Positions 10,865 through 19,025 of a stretch of DNA of 64,000 bases are shown in pieces. Numbering within the stretch: position 1 is the stretch's first letter; each line of letters opens with the position of its first letter. Source of the stretch: an uncultured bacterium. Its GTDB lineage: Bacteria > Krumholzibacteriota > Krumholzibacteriia > LZORAL124-64-63. Under the pieces are notes generated by a model. That model searched no databases. It was not told the DNA's origin and saw only the letters and a list, made by a program, of their open reading frames with translations. Where the stretch lies: contig CBDURF010000001.1 of assembly GCA_965369705.1 (NCBI GenBank), positions 3,361-67,360 on the forward strand, written 5' to 3'. The position numbers were made by a program, and so were the translations under genes.

Positions 10865-11881
10865 ATGAGTTTTCGAGTAGGAGTGATCGGCGCGGGCGCC
10901 CACAGGGAGCGATATGTGCACCACGGGCTGCAGGATGTGCCCGGGATGACCGTGACCGCGCTGTGCCGCCGGAGCACGGAAGCAGGCCGGAAGATGGCCG
11001 CCCAGTACGGGGTGCGTTACCACGCGGAACCTGAAAACCTCATTCAGGATCTTGAAGTTGACGGCATAGTGATCTGCACACCGCCGTCGTCACACTTCGA
11101 AATAGCCAAGGCGGTCCTGGCGGCGGGCAAACCGCTCCTTTTGGAAAAGCCCATGACCGGCTTGCTCGGCGAGGCCGAGCATTTGGCCGAGTTGGACACC
11201 GCGGCGGCGCATCCTCTCATGGCCGCCCAGGCCCTGCGCTGGAATCCTGTGATCCTGAAAGTCCGCGAGCTATGGACCCGCCTCGGGCGTGTCCATCTGG
11301 TGAGGTTGGCCCAGCGCCTGGCTCCCACCACCCTGAAATGGCAACGGAACCTTGCCGACACCGTGGGCGGATCCGTCCTGTTGACCGGTGTTCATATCTT
11401 CGATCTGACGCGTTGGTTGACCGGAGCCGAGTTCGTGACGGTGGATTCGCGACAGCGACAAGTGTTGAATCCAGTGGTCGAAGACCTCTTCCTCGCGCAA
11501 GCCGTCCTGTCGGACGGTTGCTGGGCCAGTCTCGAAGTCAGCAAGTACACCCGATCGCGGGTGGGCTGGCTGGAGGCAGTCGGCGAAAACGGCCAACTCA
11601 TGGCGGATTACCTGGACGGGGGAATTATCCTGCGGGCGGGAACCACCGAAGAGCGGTTTGACGTTTCGGCCCGAACCCCCACCCTGCCATTGGTACTCAA
11701 GGACTGGCTTGCGGCGATCCGGGACGGATCGCCGCCTCCGGTAACGGTGCACGACGGACTGGCCACGCTGCGGGTGGCCGACGCCTGCTACCGTTCGGCT
11801 GACGCCGGGCGGAAAGTCGCCGTCCCGGGACATGGCGTTCCCGGAATCCGGGCTCGCCCCCCTGGAACTAGCCGGCCATGA
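10865..11881 (+). CDS. Gfo/Idh/MocA-family NAD(P)-dependent oxidoreductase
   Basis: VGVIGAGAH Rossmann start and EKP motif (LLLEKPMT). Confidence 0.85.
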   Translation: MSFRVGVIGAGAHRERYVHHGLQDVPGMTVTALCRRSTEAGRKMAAQYGVRYHAEPENLIQDLEVDGIVICTPPSSHFEIAKAVLAAGKPLLLEKPMTGLLGEAEHLAELDTAAAHPLMAAQALRWNPVILKVRELWTRLGRVHLVRLAQRLAPTTLKWQRNLADTVGGSVLLTGVHIFDLTRWLTGAEFVTVDSRQRQVLNPVVEDLFLAQAVLSDGCWASLEVSKYTRSRVGWLEAVGENGQLMADYLDGGIILRAGTTEERFDVSARTPTLPLVLKDWLAAIRDGSPPPVTVHDGLATLRVADACYRSADAGRKVAVPGHGVPGIRARPPGTSRP

Positions 11882-13640
11882 TCCGTTCGATCCCGCCCCG
11901 CGCGATGGGATGATATCCGCCCGCGTTGGCCGCGAAGGTCTCCCGGGCCAGCTCCTTCGTCTTCTCACCCGCGTACAACGTCGTGTACAAGGGCTTCAGG
12001 TACTTCATCCGGCCCACCTCACCCAGGAACCGGGCGGTGCGATCGAAGACCGGCTCGTACCCGCTGCCCGTGGCGATAATCAACCAGTTGCAGAGGATTT
12101 CACAGTTGCCCTGTCCGGTCAGTTCGAAATTCTCATCCAGCCAGGCACAGTCCTTCTGGGGCAAGGTGCGCGGCAGGGCCTGCAGGAAGATCTGCCAGTC
12201 CTCCGGGGACCAGACCTTGGCCTGGTCGACCTCGGGCCTCGCACCGTCGGACCAGCCCTTGGCCAAATCCTCCAGCATTTTCAAACGCGACGACGTGAAC
12301 ACGGGCGCGTTGTCGGGCAGGCCGGCCTGGTGGATCCACTCGTCGGCACGGATCTGCTCGGCGATACCCGGCAACTCGGCGTTTAGAAACTCCTCGAACT
12401 GGGCCGTGGTGATCGAGGTGAAGCTGAAGTGCTTGATGTATGTCTTGATGAAGGCGTCGAATTTCCCGCGTCCGGCGGCCTGCTCGAGCAGGGCCACGAA
12501 CAGATAGCCTTTTTCGTAGGGCACCAGCGAGTAGAACTCGTCCGGATCCGAACCCTTGCTGTCGGTTTCCAACTGGGTGAAGGGCGAGTCCATGCCGAAT
12601 GAGTTCATGGCTTCCATCAACCCGTTGCGGCCGATGGCCGATGCCAGGGACTTCGCCTCCAGGCCATCGATATTCTCCAGGATGCGCCTTTCGGCCCAGA
12701 CCGTGAACCCCTCGTTGAGCCAGAAGTCGTCCATGGTGGCGTTGGTGACCAGGTTGCCGGTCCAGCTGTGGGCCAGTTCGTGGGCCAGCACGTTGACCAA
12801 GGACCGGTCGCCGGCCAGCAGCGTCGGGGTCAGGAAGGTCAGCCGTGGATTCTCCATCCCGCCGTAGGGGAAGGAAGCGGGCATGACCAGAAAGTCGAAC
12901 CGGTCCCACAGGTAGGGACCGAACACGTCTTCAGCCGCGGTCAGCATCTTGTCAACGTCGGCGAATTCCCAGGCCGCTTTGGCCAGGGTCTCCGGCTCGG
13001 TGTATACCCGGGAGCGGGGTCCCAGATCCTGCGACACGATATTTCCCACCGCGAAGGCGAACAGGTACGGCGGAATGGATTGGGGCATCTCGAAGCTGAA
13101 ACTGCGCGTGCCGGGTAGCGAACCTTCCGCGGCCTGACCGGGAGCGGCGGCCATGACCACCGTCAGATTCTCGGGTACCGTCATCCGGGCCTTGAAGGTG
13201 AAGCGCGCCAGGGGAGAATCCTGGCAGGGGATGACGCTGCGGGCATGAATGGCCTGGCACTGGCTGAACAGGTAGGGGTGCTTGCCGCCATCGGTCTGCG
13301 CGGGCTCCAGCCACTGCAGGGCGCTGGCGGCCGGGCTGGTCGCGTAGTCGATGGTGAACGAAGCGGTGCCCTCCGGCAATTGAACCCTCAGACACGTGCC
13401 CAGAACATCGTCCTTCTCCGTCAACTCCCACTCCAGGGTGTTGCCCTTGTCGTCGGTCACGCCGTGAATCTCCAGATCCCTGGTGTCCAGGTCAAGCGAC
13501 CCGGCGGCCGGGGCCTCCAGATTGAGCGTGGCCTTTCCTTCGATGCGGCTGGTGTCGAAATTCACGTTCAGATCGAGATCCATGCTGGTGACCCGACCCT
13601 GGTCCAGGTCGCTGTAGGAATGGGGGTCGCGTCGGCTCAA
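11868..13640 (-). CDS. M1-family aminopeptidase, leukotriene-A4-hydrolase/cold-active aminopeptidase type (cytoplasmic)
   Basis: HELAHSWTGN...WLNEGFTVW (HEXXH-E) and GGMEN. The N-terminal DPHSYS motif fits this family. Start re-placed to TTG at 13640, preceded by GGAGGT with a 6-nt spacer; the ORF caller's 13763 start is a GTG with no SD. Confidence 0.85.
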   Translation of the reverse strand: MSRRDPHSYSDLDQGRVTSMDLDLNVNFDTSRIEGKATLNLEAPAAGSLDLDTRDLEIHGVTDDKGNTLEWELTEKDDVLGTCLRVQLPEGTASFTIDYATSPAASALQWLEPAQTDGGKHPYLFSQCQAIHARSVIPCQDSPLARFTFKARMTVPENLTVVMAAAPGQAAEGSLPGTRSFSFEMPQSIPPYLFAFAVGNIVSQDLGPRSRVYTEPETLAKAAWEFADVDKMLTAAEDVFGPYLWDRFDFLVMPASFPYGGMENPRLTFLTPTLLAGDRSLVNVLAHELAHSWTGNLVTNATMDDFWLNEGFTVWAERRILENIDGLEAKSLASAIGRNGLMEAMNSFGMDSPFTQLETDSKGSDPDEFYSLVPYEKGYLFVALLEQAAGRGKFDAFIKTYIKHFSFTSITTAQFEEFLNAELPGIAEQIRADEWIHQAGLPDNAPVFTSSRLKMLEDLAKGWSDGARPEVDQAKVWSPEDWQIFLQALPRTLPQKDCAWLDENFELTGQGNCEILCNWLIIATGSGYEPVFDRTARFLGEVGRMKYLKPLYTTLYAGEKTKELARETFAANAGGYHPIARGGIERIMAG

Positions 13641-13825
13641 GAGAGTACCTCCGGATGGAAGAATTCCTGCCGGGCAGGAAGAATGTCGGACTTCATCGGA
13701 CCCATTGTCGCCTGGAATGATCCACACCGCAAGGTGGAGACGGCACCACGGACTTTGTTCCACCGTTCTTCCGTGGTATTCTTATCCTTAAATTGGAACA
13801 CCTGAACCCCCGGGAGGAAGCTTCC

Positions 13826-14137
13826 ATGCGTGACGGAATGACCCGTCTGGAAACCTACACCAGCGAAATCGAGGCCGAGATCGCCAAGGGCCGGCTCGAA
13901 GCCCTCGGCGTGATGGTGGTCCTCGAAAAGGACAACTGCGGCGGCATGCGGCCCCATCTGGATCTCCAGGCCGGCGTCAAGTTGTACGTTATCGACGAAG
14001 ATCTCGACAAGGCCAGGGACATCCTGGCCTCCGGAGCGGTGGGCACCACGACTGGAACCTGGGTCTGCGGCGGATGCGGTGAGGAGATCGACGGCAGCTA
14101 CGACGCCTGCTGGAAATGCGGCCGTGACCGGGAATGA
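13826..14137 (+). CDS. small DUF2007-domain protein with C-terminal CxxC...CxxC zinc ribbon
   Basis: LETYTSEIEAEIAKGRLEALGV (DUF2007-like) plus WVCGGCGEEIDGSYDACWKCG. GGAGGA SD 7 nt before the ATG at 13826. Its stop overlaps the next gene's start (ATGA). Confidence 0.65.
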   Translation: MRDGMTRLETYTSEIEAEIAKGRLEALGVMVVLEKDNCGGMRPHLDLQAGVKLYVIDEDLDKARDILASGAVGTTTGTWVCGGCGEEIDGSYDACWKCGRDRE

Positions 14138-16206
14138 GGTATACAAGAGTCTTTGCCCTCGTGTGCCTGTTGATGGCGGCGGTCGCGGGATCGCCCACCG
14201 GGGCGCTCGCCCGAACCCCTCTTGAACCCAGTCCTCCCAAATGTCGCCTGCCCGTCGAATGGCTGCCCGGCGGCCCCGGGGAGGCGCTCGGTCCCGCTGA
14301 CGAGGAATTCCCTCCTCCGCCCAGCGGCGACCGCGGCTACGACGTTCTGAGCTATGATCTGGACATCCAACTGTTTCCCGCCGACTGGTCGCTCACCGGA
14401 CGGGTGGACATCGGTCTGACCGCCCTGGCCGAGGGCCTGACCCGGGTCCGGCTCGACCTGGTGGATGATCTGATATGCGACGGCGTTACCTTCCGGGACC
14501 GGGAGGCTGCCTTCATCCACCAGGGCGACAGTCTGGTGGTGACTTTCGATGTTCCCCTGGCGACCGCCCCGGCCGAAACCCTGATCATCCGCTGGCACGG
14601 CCGTCCTCCACGGCACGGCAATTTCCTCAGCGGCCTCATGTTCCGCACCCATGAAAACGGCACGCCCCACGACCCCACCGACGACATGCCCATGATCGCC
14701 AACCAGAACCAGCCCTGGTCCGCCCATTCGTGGTGGCCCTGCAAGGACCACCCCTCGGACAAGGCCCTTTCCAGCCTGACGGTCACGGTGCCCGAGCCCC
14801 TTCAGGTCGTCTCCAACGGCGTCCTGCTTTGGGAGGATTCCCCCGGCCTTGGCCTGCGACGGTTCGCCTGGCGCGAGGAATACCCCATCGCCACCTACCT
14901 GATCTCCGTGGCGGCCACCAACTACTCCTCCTGGAGCGAGGATTGCGTCGTGACCGACGGTGATCCGGTGCATCTGGACTTCCACGTGTTTCCCCAGGAC
15001 AGGGCCGCCGCCGAGATCGACCTGGCCCCCACCTGCGACATGATGGATTTCATGACCATGTTGGTCGGCCCTTATCCCTTCACCGGCGAGAAATACGCGC
15101 AGGCCGAAATCAAATGGTACGGTTCGATGGAGCATCAGACGGCGACCAGTCTCAGCCAGATCGTCTTCACCGGCAACCGCCGATTCGAACTCGTGGTGAT
15201 CCACGAACTGGCCCACATGTGGTTCGGCGACAGCCTGACCCCGGCGGTATGGGCGGACATCTGGCTCAACGAGGGCTTCGCCCGCTACTGCGAAGCCCTG
15301 TGGATCGAACACGCCTACGGCGTTCCGGCATACAAGGAGTTCATGCGCCAGATCGGCCCCGTGGCGCACCCCGACTTTTTCGTGAACGACGGTGTTCTCA
15401 TCGACCCGGATCCCATCCTGCCCAACATCCTGATCTACGACAAGGGAGCCTGGGTCCTGCATATGTTGAGAATGCTGATCGGGGATGACGCCTTCTTCGG
15501 ATTCCTGGCGGACTACGCCGTGGCTCCGGACCTGGTTCTAAACAGTGTGACCCTGGTGGACATGATCGGCTTCGCGGAAAAGGCGGCCGGCCGCGACCTG
15601 GACGGTTTTTTCAGCCCCTGGGTGGAGACGTCCGCGGTTCCGGTCGTGAGCTCGTCGGTTTCAACAACAGACGCCAGGCCGGGCGACGGTCGGGTCCAGG
15701 TTCGTTTCATCCAGCACCAGAGCCCCCTGTTCGAGCTGGCGGTGCCGGTCGCGATCCACACCGCCTGTGGAATCCAGCAGGAACTGGCCGTCTTGTCCAA
15801 GGGCTCCGAGAGCTTCACGTGGCCGACCGCTTGCCGGGTGGACTCGGTGTCCGTGGATCCCGACGGCATGGTCCTGATGAAATCCGTGGCGGCCCCCCCA
15901 CCCGTCCTGCAGGTGGTCGGACCTTGGCCCAACCCCGTTCCCTCTGTCGGCGCGGAGTTCAGAATCTACCTGACATCAGAACGTGAAGTTACTGTAAAAA
16001 CGTACGATGCGCGTGGTCGACTCGTAACTGAACAACATCTGGGACTACTGGCGGCCACCGGGCCCGCAGACGATCCGGATTCCATACCCCACGTCTGGAC
16101 CTGGTCCGCCGCCACCGGTACGGCCCGAACATCCGCTGGGGTCTATTGGCTGGATTTCGACGCCGCCGGCACGCGGACCGTCAAGAAACTCACCCTGCTC
16201 CACTGA
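14134..16206 (+). CDS. secreted M1-family metallopeptidase with C-terminal T9SS-type sorting domain
   Basis: Signal peptide; HELAHMWFGD...WLNEGFARY (HEXXH+E). C-terminus PNPVPSVGAEFRIYL...VYWLDFDAAGTRTVKKLTLLH matches the T9SS C-terminal sorting-domain pattern. Confidence 0.85.
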   Translation: MRYTRVFALVCLLMAAVAGSPTGALARTPLEPSPPKCRLPVEWLPGGPGEALGPADEEFPPPPSGDRGYDVLSYDLDIQLFPADWSLTGRVDIGLTALAEGLTRVRLDLVDDLICDGVTFRDREAAFIHQGDSLVVTFDVPLATAPAETLIIRWHGRPPRHGNFLSGLMFRTHENGTPHDPTDDMPMIANQNQPWSAHSWWPCKDHPSDKALSSLTVTVPEPLQVVSNGVLLWEDSPGLGLRRFAWREEYPIATYLISVAATNYSSWSEDCVVTDGDPVHLDFHVFPQDRAAAEIDLAPTCDMMDFMTMLVGPYPFTGEKYAQAEIKWYGSMEHQTATSLSQIVFTGNRRFELVVIHELAHMWFGDSLTPAVWADIWLNEGFARYCEALWIEHAYGVPAYKEFMRQIGPVAHPDFFVNDGVLIDPDPILPNILIYDKGAWVLHMLRMLIGDDAFFGFLADYAVAPDLVLNSVTLVDMIGFAEKAAGRDLDGFFSPWVETSAVPVVSSSVSTTDARPGDGRVQVRFIQHQSPLFELAVPVAIHTACGIQQELAVLSKGSESFTWPTACRVDSVSVDPDGMVLMKSVAAPPPVLQVVGPWPNPVPSVGAEFRIYLTSEREVTVKTYDARGRLVTEQHLGLLAATGPADDPDSIPHVWTWSAATGTARTSAGVYWLDFDAAGTRTVKKLTLLH

Positions 16207-16217
16207 TGCTATCGATC

Positions 16218-18914
16218 CTATCGAATCAGGGTGATCTTACCGGACGCCCTCAAGGAACCCGCCTCAAGCAGCCCGATATAAAGGCCGGCGGCGACCTGCC
16301 GGCCTCCGTTGTCCCGGCCGGACCAACGGACCTCATGCGGACCCGCCGGATAGCTCGTTCGGTCGACGAGAATCTTCACTACGCGTCCGCTCACGTCGTG
16401 GACCACCAGGCGCACCGATTCGGCCTGAGGTAGTTGGAAGGAAAACACCGCGCCGGCGCCGCCTTGCCCGGCGGTGTCTACGGTCAAGGCCAGGGACCCG
16501 CCCCCTGCGCCGGGACCCGGATTATCCACTGCCGAAACACTGGACAATAGTGCGAACTGGTCCCCGGGATAACCGGAAAGGTCGGGCTCGGAACCCAGGG
16601 ACCCCGTGATATCCGTTACCGGAGGCAACCACTGATTGCTCACCTGGCCGTCGGATTCGAGCAGGAACGCAACCACCTTGACGCCGGTGACCTGCCCCAC
16701 GGTCAGATCGAGGTCGGCCAAGGGCAGATAAATCTCGAAACCCGACACGGCGGTAGCTGCCTGGTCCACGGAAGTATCGGTCACACCGCCGGTGTTGCTG
16801 TTGTCCAGGGCGACCCTCATCTCGTTCGGGTTGACGCCCCCCGTCAGCAAACCGTTGCCGCTGTTCACGGTGCCCTGACCACGGTAGGTCTTGACCGCCC
16901 CGCCGCCGGTGACCAGAACGTACTGATCGATGTAGATCGTTCCCGCCCAGGCGTTGGCGAAAACCATCTGGTCGGGTTCAAAGCCGCTATCCAGCCGTAA
17001 TCCCGTCAGGAGGTCGGGGCCGGCCGGCGGGGGCGACAGGTTGGAAAGATCCAGAACGTTCTGACCCCCCGAACGGGTGTCGAACAGGATCGCCAGCCCC
17101 GTCCCATCGGTGGCCAGGTTGCCGGTAAGTCCCAGAAAGAGCGAATCTCCGGCGGTCCGGAAAAACATCTGGTCGAGTTCAGACACGTTGTCGCCCAGAT
17201 GGGTCGGACTGGCCTGGGTCGCCAGCAGGCCGGTGGGTCCGAATTGGGCGGGAAGGTCGCGGCCGTCCACCAGGGCGACCGGCGGAATGGGTGGCGTCAC
17301 ATCCACGTCAAGCAGGGTGTAACCATAGGGCGCCAGCAGGATGGAATAGGCGTCCTTGTTCTGATCGGTGAGATTCGGATGGATGGTCCCGGTGAGCAGG
17401 CCCATCACGGTGGTGGAACCGCCGGGAATGCTGAAAGCCCCCAGGTCCAGCTCAACCACCTGGGACGACCCGCTCACGTTGATGACAACCAGGATCTGCT
17501 GATCGTCGTGGCCGCGCACGAAGGACCAGACGACCCCACCGCTTGCCGGGACAGGACAATAACCGCCCCGCCGCAGGGCGATGTTGCCCCGGCGCGCGGC
17601 AATCAATTCGCGGTATGCCTCCAGCAGAGAGCCCGGCACCCCGTCCTGCTCCTCCACGCTGCGGCCGTCGTGGTCCTGGGAGATCCGTCCGGCAAACACC
17701 GTAGGATTCAAAGCGTCGTAATTGGTCATCGGGGGACCGGCCACGGCGTTCCACTTGAACGGCTCGCGCATGGGGATGTCGGCCGCATCGCCGGGATAGG
17801 ACGTGTTCTTGGCGCCGCGCATGCCGATCTCGTCGCCATGGTAGATGACCGGCGGGAAAGGTTGGGTCAGCAGAACCGCGGCGGCGGCCTTGCCCTTGGC
17901 GAAATCGTCACCGATCGACGTGGCCAGACGGTCCACGTCGTGGTCGCCAATGGTCGTCATCAGGGCTCCGTCAACACTGGAGGCGCCCAGGGCCGCGACG
18001 GCGGCCGCCATCTGGCTGTACAGGGGTTCGGCGTATTCCCAGCGCAGGGCGTCGCGGGCCCCGAACTCGAAGGGTTTCGTGAAGGCCGCGTCCATTCCTG
18101 CCAGCAGATCAACCCCCTGACTGCCCCAGTCGGCCTGCTCAGCGAAAACGAACACATCCGGATTCACCCCGCGCAGGGCGTCCCGCCAGGGAGCCCAGAA
18201 AGTGTCGATGTGGTAGCCCCAACCGTCGGGGCCGTAGGGGTAGGTCGCCCAGACGTGGTCCAACCGGTAGCCGTCCAGTCCGTCGGCGAAATCACCGTCG
18301 CCGTTCGGATCGAGCCAGTAACTCGCCCAATCGGTCACCAGATCGACCGGATGGGAATTCCGCAGGTCCCAGTGGATGAAACCCACCTCATCTCCGTTCC
18401 AGGTGTTGTAGACCGAGCCCTGGTAGTCGGTGTTCTGGTGGTCGTAGAAGGCCAGCCAGGAGTCGAAGGTGCTGTTCGGGTGACCGTACGCGTCCTGGAA
18501 GTAGATGGTGTCCTGGCTGATCCCGTAGGCGACGAAATCCACGAAGACCTTGATGCCCCGCAGGTGGGCAGCCTCCAAAAACGCGGTAAGATCATCCTCG
18601 GTCCCGAACCAGGGATTCAACTGGTCGGCCGTACCGTGCTGATAACCGTGGTAGGCGGGCGAGGGAAAGATGGGATTCATCCAGACCGCGGTGACCCCCA
18701 GCGTTTCCAGGTAGTCCAGGGAGTCGATCATGCCGCCGAAATCACCGAAGCGGTAGGTGTCGTTGTCCGAGTCGCGCCAGCAGATGGGCATGAAATGATA
18801 GAACACCTCATCGGCGATGTCCTGTTGAGCGGCGGATTGAGCGACCGGCAAGAGGGTGACAGCCAGAAATATCAGCAGAGCGAGGCGATACAGGGACCTG
18901 CCGGAAATAGTCAT
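16218..18914 (-). CDS. secreted GH13-family alpha-amylase with C-terminal T9SS-type sorting domain
   Basis: GH13 regions GYRLDHVWA, FVFAEQAD, IGDHD; HGDEIG. C-terminus ...VHDVSGRVVKILVD...GLYIGLLEAGSLRASGKITLIR. Start set at the ATG at 18914 (signal peptide MTISGRSLYRLALLIFLAVTLLPVAQSAAQ); the caller's GTG at 18971 adds 19 non-signal residues. Confidence 0.82.
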   Translation of the reverse strand: MTISGRSLYRLALLIFLAVTLLPVAQSAAQQDIADEVFYHFMPICWRDSDNDTYRFGDFGGMIDSLDYLETLGVTAVWMNPIFPSPAYHGYQHGTADQLNPWFGTEDDLTAFLEAAHLRGIKVFVDFVAYGISQDTIYFQDAYGHPNSTFDSWLAFYDHQNTDYQGSVYNTWNGDEVGFIHWDLRNSHPVDLVTDWASYWLDPNGDGDFADGLDGYRLDHVWATYPYGPDGWGYHIDTFWAPWRDALRGVNPDVFVFAEQADWGSQGVDLLAGMDAAFTKPFEFGARDALRWEYAEPLYSQMAAAVAALGASSVDGALMTTIGDHDVDRLATSIGDDFAKGKAAAAVLLTQPFPPVIYHGDEIGMRGAKNTSYPGDAADIPMREPFKWNAVAGPPMTNYDALNPTVFAGRISQDHDGRSVEEQDGVPGSLLEAYRELIAARRGNIALRRGGYCPVPASGGVVWSFVRGHDDQQILVVINVSGSSQVVELDLGAFSIPGGSTTVMGLLTGTIHPNLTDQNKDAYSILLAPYGYTLLDVDVTPPIPPVALVDGRDLPAQFGPTGLLATQASPTHLGDNVSELDQMFFRTAGDSLFLGLTGNLATDGTGLAILFDTRSGGQNVLDLSNLSPPPAGPDLLTGLRLDSGFEPDQMVFANAWAGTIYIDQYVLVTGGGAVKTYRGQGTVNSGNGLLTGGVNPNEMRVALDNSNTGGVTDTSVDQAATAVSGFEIYLPLADLDLTVGQVTGVKVVAFLLESDGQVSNQWLPPVTDITGSLGSEPDLSGYPGDQFALLSSVSAVDNPGPGAGGGSLALTVDTAGQGGAGAVFSFQLPQAESVRLVVHDVSGRVVKILVDRTSYPAGPHEVRWSGRDNGGRQVAAGLYIGLLEAGSLRASGKITLIR

Positions 18915-19007
18915 CCCGAGAGAAATGATTGAGGAAACCAAGCTGACCTGCCTGTTGAGGATGTCTTCCACGGGTGATGCGGATCCCGGTGCACCTGACC
19001 TGATGCA

Positions 19008-19016
19008 ATTATAACA
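19008..19016 (-). promoter_or_regulatory. putative extended -10 promoter (TGTTATAAT) for the amylase gene
   Basis: Minus-strand TGnTATAAT, about 37 nt (caller GTG start, 18971) to about 94 nt (ATG start, 18914) upstream of the amylase ORF. The region overlaps the 3' end and stop codon of the helicase gene. Confidence 0.3.
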
Positions 19017-19025
19017 CAGCGCTGG

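Noticed and set aside
13637-14146. 169-aa minus-strand ORF overlapping the DUF2007 zinc-ribbon gene.
   Set aside because: The + strand gene has a strong SD, a recognisable domain plus zinc ribbon, and ATGA coupling to the next gene. The minus ORF is a low-complexity antisense frame.
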